DNA of 24,151 bases from the IMG/VR virus record IMGVR_UViG_3300009701_000002, positions 1 through 24,151 of that record; one strand, written 5' to 3'. The notes beneath the pieces were generated by a model that had not been told where the DNA came from, did not search any database, and worked only from the letters and a program-made list of their open reading frames with translations. Positions 6,584-14,325 of this stretch are shown in pieces. Origin of the DNA: a virus. A program made the translations under genes and the position numbers. Numbering within the stretch: the first letter of the stretch is position 1; each line of letters starts with the position of its first letter.

Positions 6584-7008
6584 ATCTTTCTCCTTATCTC
6601 TCGTTCAAATTCATCCATTTCGTTAATAACTTCTAATAAGAATTTTTTCGACTCGAATTGAACCCAACTGTTTGCTTTTACTATGAAACGCCAATTAGCT
6701 TCTGGAGAAAGAATTATCTCTTTTGCGGCGACGGCAAAAGCTACGCAAACGAATTCATTGCCGCGGTATCGAATGCCCTTGGCCAAGTTTCGTGCTTCTT
6801 CTAGTTCTTTTTTTGTGGATTGGCCTTTAATGTAGCGTTCTACGACTTCTAAACCTTTTGTTAAGATTTCGAGGGATTTTTTGTCTTTTACGTTTTCTAG
6901 TTCACCTTTTGCTACTTTGACAAGAAATTTTCTTAACTGGTTTTCGCTCAGGTCGTAAGCAGTGTAGAGTTCGTCTGAAGACATGTCTTGGTCTTTTTTG
7001 TTGTTCAT
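6580..7008 (-). CDS. Hypervariable-core paralog P4 (142 aa)
   Basis: Start moved to the ATG at 7006-7008 (MNNKKDQDMSS...). This matches the other paralog N-termini, and the longer ORF-track version runs into the terminator hairpin. Confidence 0.75.
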   Translation of the reverse strand: MNNKKDQDMSSDELYTAYDLSENQLRKFLVKVAKGELENVKDKKSLEILTKGLEVVERYIKGQSTKKELEEARNLAKGIRYRGNEFVCVAFAVAAKEIILSPEANWRFIVKANSWVQFESKKFLLEVINEMDEFEREIRRKI

Positions 7009-7042
7009 ATAATAATACATTACTACAGAATTATGATTATTC

Positions 7043-7075
7043 AAAATAAAAAAGCCAGGATTTTTAGTCCTGGCT
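7043..7075 (-). terminator. Rho-independent terminator after the capsid gene
   Basis: Minus-strand RNA reads AGCCAGGA-cuaaaaa-UCCUGGCU followed by UUUUUAUUUU. Confidence 0.85.
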
Positions 7076-7100
7076 CAAAATAGCTAAATTAAGCTATTAA

Positions 7101-8296
7101 TTAAGCTGATAATTGAACAACGCAGTTCCATCCCGGGGCACTACAGATGAGGTTCCCGTAATAGCCGATGCGAATCTCAAGGGCGTCGGCGTTACCAACA
7201 CGCAGTCCTTCGAGACCTTCCATTCCATACGTCAGGATATGCGGTACTTTGCCCAAGGAGCGAAGTTTCCACGTATTCATAGTAAGGAGGTACGCAGTCT
7301 GGGGAGGGCAGCTACGATCAGCCAACACGGTCACGCGACCATATGCGGACTGGAACGTAATACCTTCGAATGCGACTTCAACTTCATCGTGGTTGACTTG
7401 AACGTACTGGACTTTAGCGCCCAAAGCGTTTACAAGTGCGGCATACGATGCGAAGTCCATGATGCAAAGGTCTGGTTTTCCGCCTTCACGGTTCAAGAAT
7501 GCCAACGCGTTCGTCAGACCTTCCTCGATGGTGTAGGCCTGTGCGTTATAGCGACAGCCAGCCAAACGAGTAGGATCAGCAGAACGGTTAACGCCCCAGA
7601 ACGAGTCGTTAGCAGCAGGGCTAGTAACAGGCAACCAAGCAGCTAAGCCGCTCAAAGCGAGGTACGAGCCAGTGTTGCTAGCGCCAGTTGCCGGCAAGTC
7701 ACCAGAAACGGTGAGGTAAGCCAATCCAGTTCCGATAGCCCAGTTACCAGACAAAGTAGCAGCCGAAGCTGTTCCGTTGATTACACCGGTTGCACGGTTA
7801 ACTGCAGTGATCAGCACGGTGTCCGTCGAAGGAGCTCCACCATCAGAAGCCGAAGCAACTAACAGCATTCCAACTTCGAAAGCAACGATTTGCTGAGCGT
7901 TGGTCAAAGGAAGGGTTACACCACCGGGTGCAATACCGCCGACTTGGCTAGAAGCAGCCGAGGAAACGCCACGGGTAGCAGTACCAGAACCAAACAACTC
8001 AAAAGCGATGTTGTTAGTAATGTTACGGAAACCGCCGTCCATTTGAAGCTTAGCAGCGTCAACAAAAGCGCCTGCATTTGTCTTAGTCTGTTCCATCAAC
8101 AAGTTAGTGATAGTAACTAATTGATAGTCTTCGATTACGTACACGAAGTACGAAACAAGTGCTGTAGGCGTTTGCTGTGCTTGCGCGTTAGCAAACTGGT
8201 GAGAACGACCCTGGGGGGTTCCATACTCAAGGGGGACTGGTATGTATTTACCAGCGAACCCGTCTGGGCTTTCATTTTTTGGTACAAGGGCTAAGA
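7101..8296 (-). CDS. Major capsid protein, exon 2
   Basis: The frame stays open upstream of the ORF-track GTG (8144) to 8296 without any start codon (..FLALVPKNESPDGFAGKYIPVPLEYGTPQGRSHQFANAQAQQ..). Position after portal and scaffold, higher GC than neighbours, terminator downstream. Confidence 0.8.
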
Positions 8297-9030
8297 CAAA
8301 TTGTTATCGTGCTGGCTTTTTATCCTGCACTTCTAATGCTTAGAGAGCTTTATTAGACTTTCGTCTATTTTGCTCGACAGTTAAATACTGTAAGTTCCAA
8401 GGAACATGCAGACCTTTAACGTTCTTTCCTTGAAGCGGTATAATATGATCTACTTCACAGCCTTCTGGACAATTGATATAGATTAATTCCATATCTCTGA
8501 GTTGTGTTTCAGATAGCCAGTAAGGAGTAGCATTCAGCTTAGCGGCTTGGTACTTTCGGGTTTTAGCTAATACTTTTTTATTATTAGCTTTATTCCAATT
8601 TGACTTACTATTTTTTACGGCTTGGGGGTTTTCTTTGACGTACTTGTCTTTGAGTGCCTTTGATCGCTCTGGATTCTTTTGTCTCCAAGCTGTTCCGTAT
8701 TTTTTAAGTCTACCTTGCTCGTTTTTGCATGCCTTACACCAACTGTTAAGCCCATTTAGATTTCTAGCGTCTTTCGAAAAATCGCTAAATTCTTTAGACT
8801 TTGTGCATTTAGTGCAAGTTTTCATACCCTTCTTCGCATTAGTTCGGCGTACATTTTCAACTCGTAAAAGTTGCCTACCACTCTTGGTACTATTTTATTC
8901 TAGCATTATCCCTGCTAGGTTCAAGTACTACGCTCTACACTGGTACAGTCTTATTATGGACCATACTTAGCACGGTATTAGCATTTCAGCCTTCACCGTT
9001 TTTGGTTGGTTTTAAATCCCCGCTTAATCC
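8297..9030 (-). mobile_element. Group I-like self-splicing intron (734 nt) carrying an HNH homing endonuclease ORF
   Basis: - P1 helix: exon AAAUCCCU (9038-9031) pairs with intron GGGGAUUU (9021-9014), with a G-U wobble at the splice-site U.
- The intron ends in G (8297).
- Joining the exons restores the frame: ..KENP-F-LALVPK.
- A 7-bp helix, CUAAUGC (8842-8836) with GCAUUAG (8339-8333), loops out the ORF. Confidence 0.75.
8340..8825 (-). CDS. HNH homing endonuclease (161 aa)
   Basis: N-terminal CxxC...CxxC zinc motif. C-terminal EVDHIIP...HVPWNLQYLTVEQNRRKSNK (the H-N-N/H core). Has its own SD (GAAGAAGGG). Confidence 0.85.
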   Translation of the reverse strand: MKTCTKCTKSKEFSDFSKDARNLNGLNSWCKACKNEQGRLKKYGTAWRQKNPERSKALKDKYVKENPQAVKNSKSNWNKANNKKVLAKTRKYQAAKLNATPYWLSETQLRDMELIYINCPEGCEVDHIIPLQGKNVKGLHVPWNLQYLTVEQNRRKSNKAL

Positions 9031-9181
9031 AGGGATTTTCCTTGTAAACAAGGTCCTTCATATATTCTTTCATGATATCAAGGACTTACAAGAAAAGACG
9101 ACAAAGAATTTAAATATCGTCTGTATACAATTCTTTTAACGCAGCGATTTGGTTCGCTGAGTTGGCATATGTTGCAGCCAT
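9031..9181 (-). CDS. Major capsid protein, exon 1. It is interrupted by in-frame TAA codons at 9110-9112 and 9086-9088, and the start is unresolved between ATG 9181 and ATG 9073.
   Basis: The ATG at 9179-9181 has AGGAG plus 8 nt upstream (MAATYANSANQIAALKELYTDDI*). In the same frame, 9073-9031 encodes MKEYMKDLVYKENP before the 5' splice site. Confidence 0.55.
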
Positions 9182-9363
9182 TTGGCTACTCCTATATTAA
9201 AATTAACTGAGATATGTCGACATGACATATTTGTCAGGTTCCTTAAATTCTTACGATGAGTGCCCAGGTCGTGGGTCTAGCATCCAAATCAAGGACTCCA
9301 ATGCCGAAGCAAGGGAGGGGGTTAATTCACCGATTGCTAATACTATGCGGTAAACGCCGAAGC

Positions 9364-10368
9364 TTATTGCTTCAGCTCGCCTTTAAACGCCAGCACTGCC
9401 CTCTCCTTCGCGCTTAGCGGGCGCGTCGAAGCAGCTGAATTCGTTAAGGTTTTCATAGTTTGTGGCTGCGGAGATTTTGGTGGCTGCTTCTGGGCTGTCG
9501 TCTCAGGTGCTAATTGAGGCGCCAGTCGCTTTTTGATCTTCTCTATACGTGTTAATTTGTCAATTTCTTCAACTAGGTGTTCTTCCACGAGTTTTGCGGC
9601 TTCTTCAACGGACATGACTTCTTGGGTGTCTTTAAAATGTGCCTCTATAAGCTCTACGACGTCTTTAATAGAATTTGTGGCTTTAATTGTTTCAAACTCT
9701 GGATTCGACATTACTAAGCTTTTGGCGTCTTGAGTGATTTGCTTTACAGCCGCTTTATAAGCCTCGCCTTGCTGTTCTTGGGCTTGGGCCTTACTAGCGG
9801 TCAATTCAGCTTCTAACTTGGCTTGGCGGGCTTCTAGGCGATCTATATACGATTTTACCGCGGGGGGTACGGTTCCGGCGGAGAGTTGCTGCTGAGTGAC
9901 TTCATCGTATGTCACACCGGCTTCTGCCAATGCGTCCAGTGTCTGTTCTTTAAGTCTTTGTTTTGAAACGTAATTGGATTCGTATTCGGCGAGTTTTGCG
10001 TTTAATTCAGCTTCTTTAGCCTTAAAAGCTTCTTCCCTGGCTTTAATAGCTTTTTCTTGTTCTTGTTGTTTGGCGCGAAGTGCTCTTTCTTTTCTAGCCA
10101 AGAGCTGGAGTTGGGCACTATAAGTCGTCTCTTCAGTCTTAGGTTCTTCGGTTTTTGGTGTTTCTTTGACTTCGGGCTCATTTTCCGTTGGTTTTTGAGC
10201 ACTCACCGCTCCTAATTCTTCTACGGAGATGTTTTGTGGGTTTTCTAGCGGTACGGGTTGTTGGCTCCTGAGCTGTTCAAAGGCGGCTATGGCTTTGGCT
10301 CTAGAGTCTTGGCCGCTGCTTTGGGCGTTGCTAGGCGAAGTTGGGGCGGTGAGTGGTGTGACTTTCAT
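9364..10368 (-). CDS. Scaffolding protein (334 aa)
   Basis: A/E/K/Q-rich coiled-coil composition. Lies between the portal and capsid genes. Confidence 0.65.
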   Translation of the reverse strand: MKVTPLTAPTSPSNAQSSGQDSRAKAIAAFEQLRSQQPVPLENPQNISVEELGAVSAQKPTENEPEVKETPKTEEPKTEETTYSAQLQLLARKERALRAKQQEQEKAIKAREEAFKAKEAELNAKLAEYESNYVSKQRLKEQTLDALAEAGVTYDEVTQQQLSAGTVPPAVKSYIDRLEARQAKLEAELTASKAQAQEQQGEAYKAAVKQITQDAKSLVMSNPEFETIKATNSIKDVVELIEAHFKDTQEVMSVEEAAKLVEEHLVEEIDKLTRIEKIKKRLAPQLAPETTAQKQPPKSPQPQTMKTLTNSAASTRPLSAKERAVLAFKGELKQ

Positions 10369-10378
10369 TTGTTATTCC

Positions 10379-12268
10379 TTATGCTTGGGGGGTTGCGTTA
10401 GGGACTAAAGGACTCTGTGGCTGTGGTTGGGGTTGGGCCTGAGGCGGATTGGCCATAGGCATAGGTGGAGGCATGGCGGCTTGTTTAATGGCTTGTAATT
10501 GGTTAAAGAAATCACGGAGTTTTTCAGCCTTTGATTCTTCTAACTTGGCCTGGGTATATAGATTTATATACTGGGTCGTCAGCGTTGTGGCTAAGGCTAT
10601 GTCCATAAACGGATCTGGCGGGGTGTATTTACCAGACTCTACGATTTCGTCTAGGATTTGTAAGATACGTTCTTCTGAGGCGTTAGCAAGCTTTTCGACC
10701 TGCTCTAGATCTGGGTAGTCTAATAGCCTCCTGCCTTCTTGGAGGCTTACCATACCGCTTTGGACCATCTCGGTGACTTTTTGGAGACGGCCTGCTGGGT
10801 CTTTAGGTAGACTACTCTGGGTGAAACACTGGATTACGAAATCGTCGTGTATTAACGCCGCTTTAGGAAGGTCAATTTCTTTTGTACCGTTTTTATTAGG
10901 ATAGACGGTCTGATACTCTCCGTCGCGAATTGCGATATCTTTAGCCAAATCAATAACCTGATAGGCAAGATCGATAAAGCAGTTATCATACCGACGGGAC
11001 AGAGACGCGAAACGATCTGTTGAAATATCATCATAGGTCCTGATCGCTTCACCACTATCAAGACCTTGTGGCTTTTGAGAGGACGCCTGCAAAGCAGACA
11101 CTCCGGATTGCTGATAACCATATTGTATAAGCTTGTCTCGTTCTGCGTATAACTCGGGCGCATTACAAGGAGCAACCTCGTAACTCGGTTTAGTTCCACG
11201 ATACTTGACAATGACTCCGACCTCGTTATTATGAGCGGCAGCCATAACTTTTGAACCGTCCTCTTGAAATACTCGAGGAACACCAACAAGCTTAATAGCA
11301 CGAGATATAGTGAACAAAATACTGTTAAGCTCCATTTGCGTACCCATGAGTTGTTCAGCGACTCCCTGGGACCAAAAGCCAAGTAACCGAGGGCTATAAT
11401 GGAGAAAAGTAAAAGGAAAGCGATCTTTAGTATATTCCTCATCGATTAAGCTTCCTGCGCTACACGCCAACGTATGCCGTCCGTCATTGACATTTTTACC
11501 AGACGGTAAAGACCAGCCCTCTACAACCATTACTAAATCGGATACGGTTTTTGAGCTATCAGCGGAATTGTCTGGGAAAGCTTTTGCCGCCATAGCAATC
11601 TTGTCTTTAAATTTAGGGAAATTAGCAAATAAGACGTCCCTATCGATGAGTTTGATCCGGTATATACGTCTCGGCTCTCCGTACATGCTTTCGTTGGGGT
11701 CTACAAGTAATTCCGTTAATAGGACTCGCTCTAGGCCTACTTTTCTGTCAGGGGTCTCAAACGTATGGAATACGCCTGTCCCTGCCACTAAAGCGTCCCT
11801 AAGGACTATAGGAGCCAAGTCATAAGCCTTTGTCTGGTAAAACTCTCCCAAAAGGAAGTTGTTTAATTTCTTGGCTAGGTTTCTTTGCTTATAATCAGCG
11901 TTGTCAGTTAAAAACACCGGTTGGGGCCTGGATTGCGAGATACGCGATACCAGGGTATCTACTACGCTTTGGATGAGGTTAAACGTAGGCCGCTCCATTG
12001 GAAGGCCGTAATTCTGATCCATTTTGCTAATATTGTTACCGGCAAAGGAATAGAGGCTTTGGTTACCATAGAGTCTTGCGTAAACCGCGGTTTGTCTATA
12101 CCGGTAAGTCTGTGTTTCTTTTAAATATGCTGCTTTGGTAAGCATCTCCGCTGCGCATTTATCGCTGTCTTCGGCTTCCCACCATTTTGCTAGCGTAGTC
12201 GTTTCGTCGACGTTACGCGTCTTCATGGTGATTTTAGAGGGCGGTCCTTTGGCGTTGCTGACTTTCAT
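10379..12268 (-). CDS. Portal (head-tail connector) protein (629 aa)
   Basis: Size and position upstream of scaffold and capsid, downstream of the terminase region. P/Q-rich C-terminal tail. Assigned by synteny only; no diagnostic motif was readable by eye. Confidence 0.65.
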   Translation of the reverse strand: MKVSNAKGPPSKITMKTRNVDETTTLAKWWEAEDSDKCAAEMLTKAAYLKETQTYRYRQTAVYARLYGNQSLYSFAGNNISKMDQNYGLPMERPTFNLIQSVVDTLVSRISQSRPQPVFLTDNADYKQRNLAKKLNNFLLGEFYQTKAYDLAPIVLRDALVAGTGVFHTFETPDRKVGLERVLLTELLVDPNESMYGEPRRIYRIKLIDRDVLFANFPKFKDKIAMAAKAFPDNSADSSKTVSDLVMVVEGWSLPSGKNVNDGRHTLACSAGSLIDEEYTKDRFPFTFLHYSPRLLGFWSQGVAEQLMGTQMELNSILFTISRAIKLVGVPRVFQEDGSKVMAAAHNNEVGVIVKYRGTKPSYEVAPCNAPELYAERDKLIQYGYQQSGVSALQASSQKPQGLDSGEAIRTYDDISTDRFASLSRRYDNCFIDLAYQVIDLAKDIAIRDGEYQTVYPNKNGTKEIDLPKAALIHDDFVIQCFTQSSLPKDPAGRLQKVTEMVQSGMVSLQEGRRLLDYPDLEQVEKLANASEERILQILDEIVESGKYTPPDPFMDIALATTLTTQYINLYTQAKLEESKAEKLRDFFNQLQAIKQAAMPPPMPMANPPQAQPQPQPQSPLVPNATPQA

Positions 12269-12511
12269 TTATTGTTGTCCGCCTGCTGAATAAAACATGA
12301 GCTGTTCTTCTGTCAGGGAGTCTGGCGTATCAATTTTTGTATCTTCTGTTATGCCCTGGTATACCGTTGTAGCCATTGGCTGTGTGGGTTTGGCTTGAAT
12401 TGGTTGGTCGTCAAGCCTAAACTCTATGTTGTCGACCTTAATAGTCAGTACACCGCGTTTACGGCATAATAGCATGAGCTTATCGAGCTCTTTTAGCGAC
12501 TTAATTTCCAT
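12269..12511 (-). CDS. Hypothetical protein (80 aa)
   Basis: Tightly packed ORF whose stop abuts the portal ATG. Confidence 0.6.
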   Translation of the reverse strand: MEIKSLKELDKLMLLCRKRGVLTIKVDNIEFRLDDQPIQAKPTQPMATTVYQGITEDTKIDTPDSLTEEQLMFYSAGGQQ

Positions 12512-12518
12512 CGGCCAC

Positions 12519-13619
12519 CTATTTGATTAGGGCGCTTTTAATCTTCATTTTGCGACGAATAGCTGACACAATGTCAGAATCGTGGATGTTTTGAGCAGCG
12601 TCTTCGCGGCTATCGCCCATTTCGTTACTGTCTTCTGGGCTGTCTAATTCATCTAAACCAGCAGATTCACTGTAGTTTTCTTTACGTAAAGCATTGAATG
12701 AACTCTGATCTTCCATGTTGGCGTCTTCGTCTGCGTTGCGGCTCAGATCTGCTTCGCTGCTATCGTCGGAATCCATTGAATCCATAGACTTAATAGCTCC
12801 GCCTTCAGCCATCATCTTTTTCTTCATTTTCATCATAATGGCTGCTGCAATAGAAGCTGCGTGTTCGATTTCTTCTTCGTCGCTGACTTCTCCGCCGTCT
12901 GCGTAAGCGGCGGCATCTCTCATAGACATGTAATCGTCTTCTGCTGGACGCATCATATCGTCGTCAGACTCAAGCCCTGCGGGGTCGTCTTGCATATCTT
13001 CTTCTGGACTTGATCCGTATTCTTCACTTACGTTGCTTGAGAGTTTTGCTCGCTTGGCTTCGTCTTCATCTTTAGAGCCCGAAGCCATTCCACCTTCTGC
13101 GTAGGCTTTGCGGGTAGTGTGGGGTTTTGCCATATCAGGGCTTTTACCCATTTTTTTGGCGTCTTTCTCGTCGTCTACTTCTGGGGGCTGTTCTTCTGGG
13201 CTTGCGGGTGCGTCTACGTCTTGTAAGTGTGCTTCGTCGTCATATAACCGTACGCTGAACGCGTCACTAGGGACCATTCTGGGGCGTTTAATGGGCATTA
13301 CTTTACGGCCGTTGTTCATGACGGCTTGTTTTTCGGTGGGTTTATCCGTCCAACTGTCTTCTTTTGGAGCTTTATTGCCGGAATTCTTAGCGGCCATTTT
13401 TGAGTCATCGTATTTGTTGTCTGGCATTGGCCGTTTTTCGTCACTAGCGCTTACGGATCCACCTTCAGCCATCATTTTACCGCCCATTGCTTTTTTGGGG
13501 GCTTTGCGCTTAACTGAGTACGCTATGGCCAATGATTGCTTCATTGGTTTACCGGCGTCCATTTCTGCAGCAACGTTTTTACCGAATGCTTTTTTTGATT
13601 TAGAGTTCATTAGTGGCAT
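12519..13619 (-). CDS. Acidic low-complexity protein (366 aa) with four (M/Y)A(E/D)GG motifs; possible internal or ejected virion protein
   Basis: Repeated motifs MMAEGG, YAEGG, YADGG and MMAEGG are separated by D/E/S-rich stretches. Basic N-terminus (KQSLAIAYSVKRK). Confidence 0.65.
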   Translation of the reverse strand: MPLMNSKSKKAFGKNVAAEMDAGKPMKQSLAIAYSVKRKAPKKAMGGKMMAEGGSVSASDEKRPMPDNKYDDSKMAAKNSGNKAPKEDSWTDKPTEKQAVMNNGRKVMPIKRPRMVPSDAFSVRLYDDEAHLQDVDAPASPEEQPPEVDDEKDAKKMGKSPDMAKPHTTRKAYAEGGMASGSKDEDEAKRAKLSSNVSEEYGSSPEEDMQDDPAGLESDDDMMRPAEDDYMSMRDAAAYADGGEVSDEEEIEHAASIAAAIMMKMKKKMMAEGGAIKSMDSMDSDDSSEADLSRNADEDANMEDQSSFNALRKENYSESAGLDELDSPEDSNEMGDSREDAAQNIHDSDIVSAIRRKMKIKSALIK

Positions 13620-13996
13620 TAGAAAGCACCTTCAGACACCGAGAGTGTCATTTTGACCGAGTTAAGCATTGCGGAATCCGATGCCAGACTTGAGCTCAGT
13701 ACAAACGTAATGACATCGCCGGCCGAACACGATACCGCCAAAAGACCAAAACCTAATGCACCTGCTTGACCGGTATATATGGTCGTGCCGTTTTGTTTTA
13801 CAGTGACTACGACTTGTGACGGGCTGATAGAAGCTACTGCCGATCCAGTCCCAGCTCCACCGCCTGGACCTTGAGCCGCTGTAGGTACTGCTGTTGGTAC
13901 AGTCAAAGTTCCTTCAAAGTTGTATAAATCGGTTGTGGGGATGTTTACGGTGTATGTCTGTAATCCTGTGTAAGTAGCGCTTTGTACAAATGCCAT
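13619..13996 (-). CDS. Small beta-rich, Gly/Thr/Val-rich structural-looking protein (125 aa)
   Basis: Composition and raised GC resemble the capsid gene. TAATG overlaps at both ends. Confidence 0.65.
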   Translation of the reverse strand: MAFVQSATYTGLQTYTVNIPTTDLYNFEGTLTVPTAVPTAAQGPGGGAGTGSAVASISPSQVVVTVKQNGTTIYTGQAGALGFGLLAVSCSAGDVITFVLSSSLASDSAMLNSVKMTLSVSEGAF

Positions 13997-14292
13997 TATT
14001 CTTGTCCTGCTTTACGGTTTTGTGCGTCGTAGGTATGGGGGCTGACATGTTCGCCTTCGACGTGGGGTTGTTCGTCACATGATTGGAATGCTGCTTTAAA
14101 AGCTACGGAAGCTGCTTTCATGTCGCCAGACTCCAAGGCTTTTTTAAGGTCTTGCATGCAAGCCATAAGTCCTTGATCTTCTTGGTCTTTTTCTTCTGGT
14201 TTTTCGTCAGGCTTACGATCGTGGACTATTACACCAGATTGTTTATAATTTTTATTCAAAAAGGGCAGCAATTTGCCTCCAAAGCTGTTCAA
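13996..14292 (-). CDS. Hypothetical protein (98 aa); start uncertain
   Basis: The ORF-track start is a TTG without an SD. The first in-frame ATG is at codon 42. Confidence 0.5.
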   Translation of the reverse strand: MNSFGGKLLPFLNKNYKQSGVIVHDRKPDEKPEEKDQEDQGLMACMQDLKKALESGDMKAASVAFKAAFQSCDEQPHVEGEHVSPHTYDAQNRKAGQE

Positions 14293-14325
14293 TAAGGCTA
14301 AAACAACAGCATTTTGGGCAATATT

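Noticed and set aside
8142-8275. A -1 frameshift or homopolymer sequencing error at the C-runs (about 8215-8232), joining the ATG at 8273-8275 to the capsid frame.
   Set aside because: The ATG-frame peptide (MKAQTGSLVNTYQSPLSMEPPRVV..) looks non-protein-like and lacks an SD. The capsid frame is already open and protein-like upstream of that ATG. Splicing from 9031 to 8296 explains the missing start, with canonical group I signals.
9094-9124. The hairpin AGACGA..UCGUCU plus UUUUCUU as a simple intrinsic terminator that ends a separate small gene.
   Set aside because: The stem is short (6 bp, 15-nt loop), and it sits between the only strong SD and the capsid coding sequence. I kept it as an alternative (attenuator) under the bypass finding rather than annotating it as a terminator.
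10852-11442. Alternative-frame minus-strand ORFs: 10852-11442, 10002-10202, 18209-18424, 18476-18685 and 21414-21608.
   Set aside because: They are fully nested out of frame within the portal, scaffold, DNA polymerase and primase-helicase genes. Their translations are low-complexity and hydrophobic or basic, and none has a translation signal.
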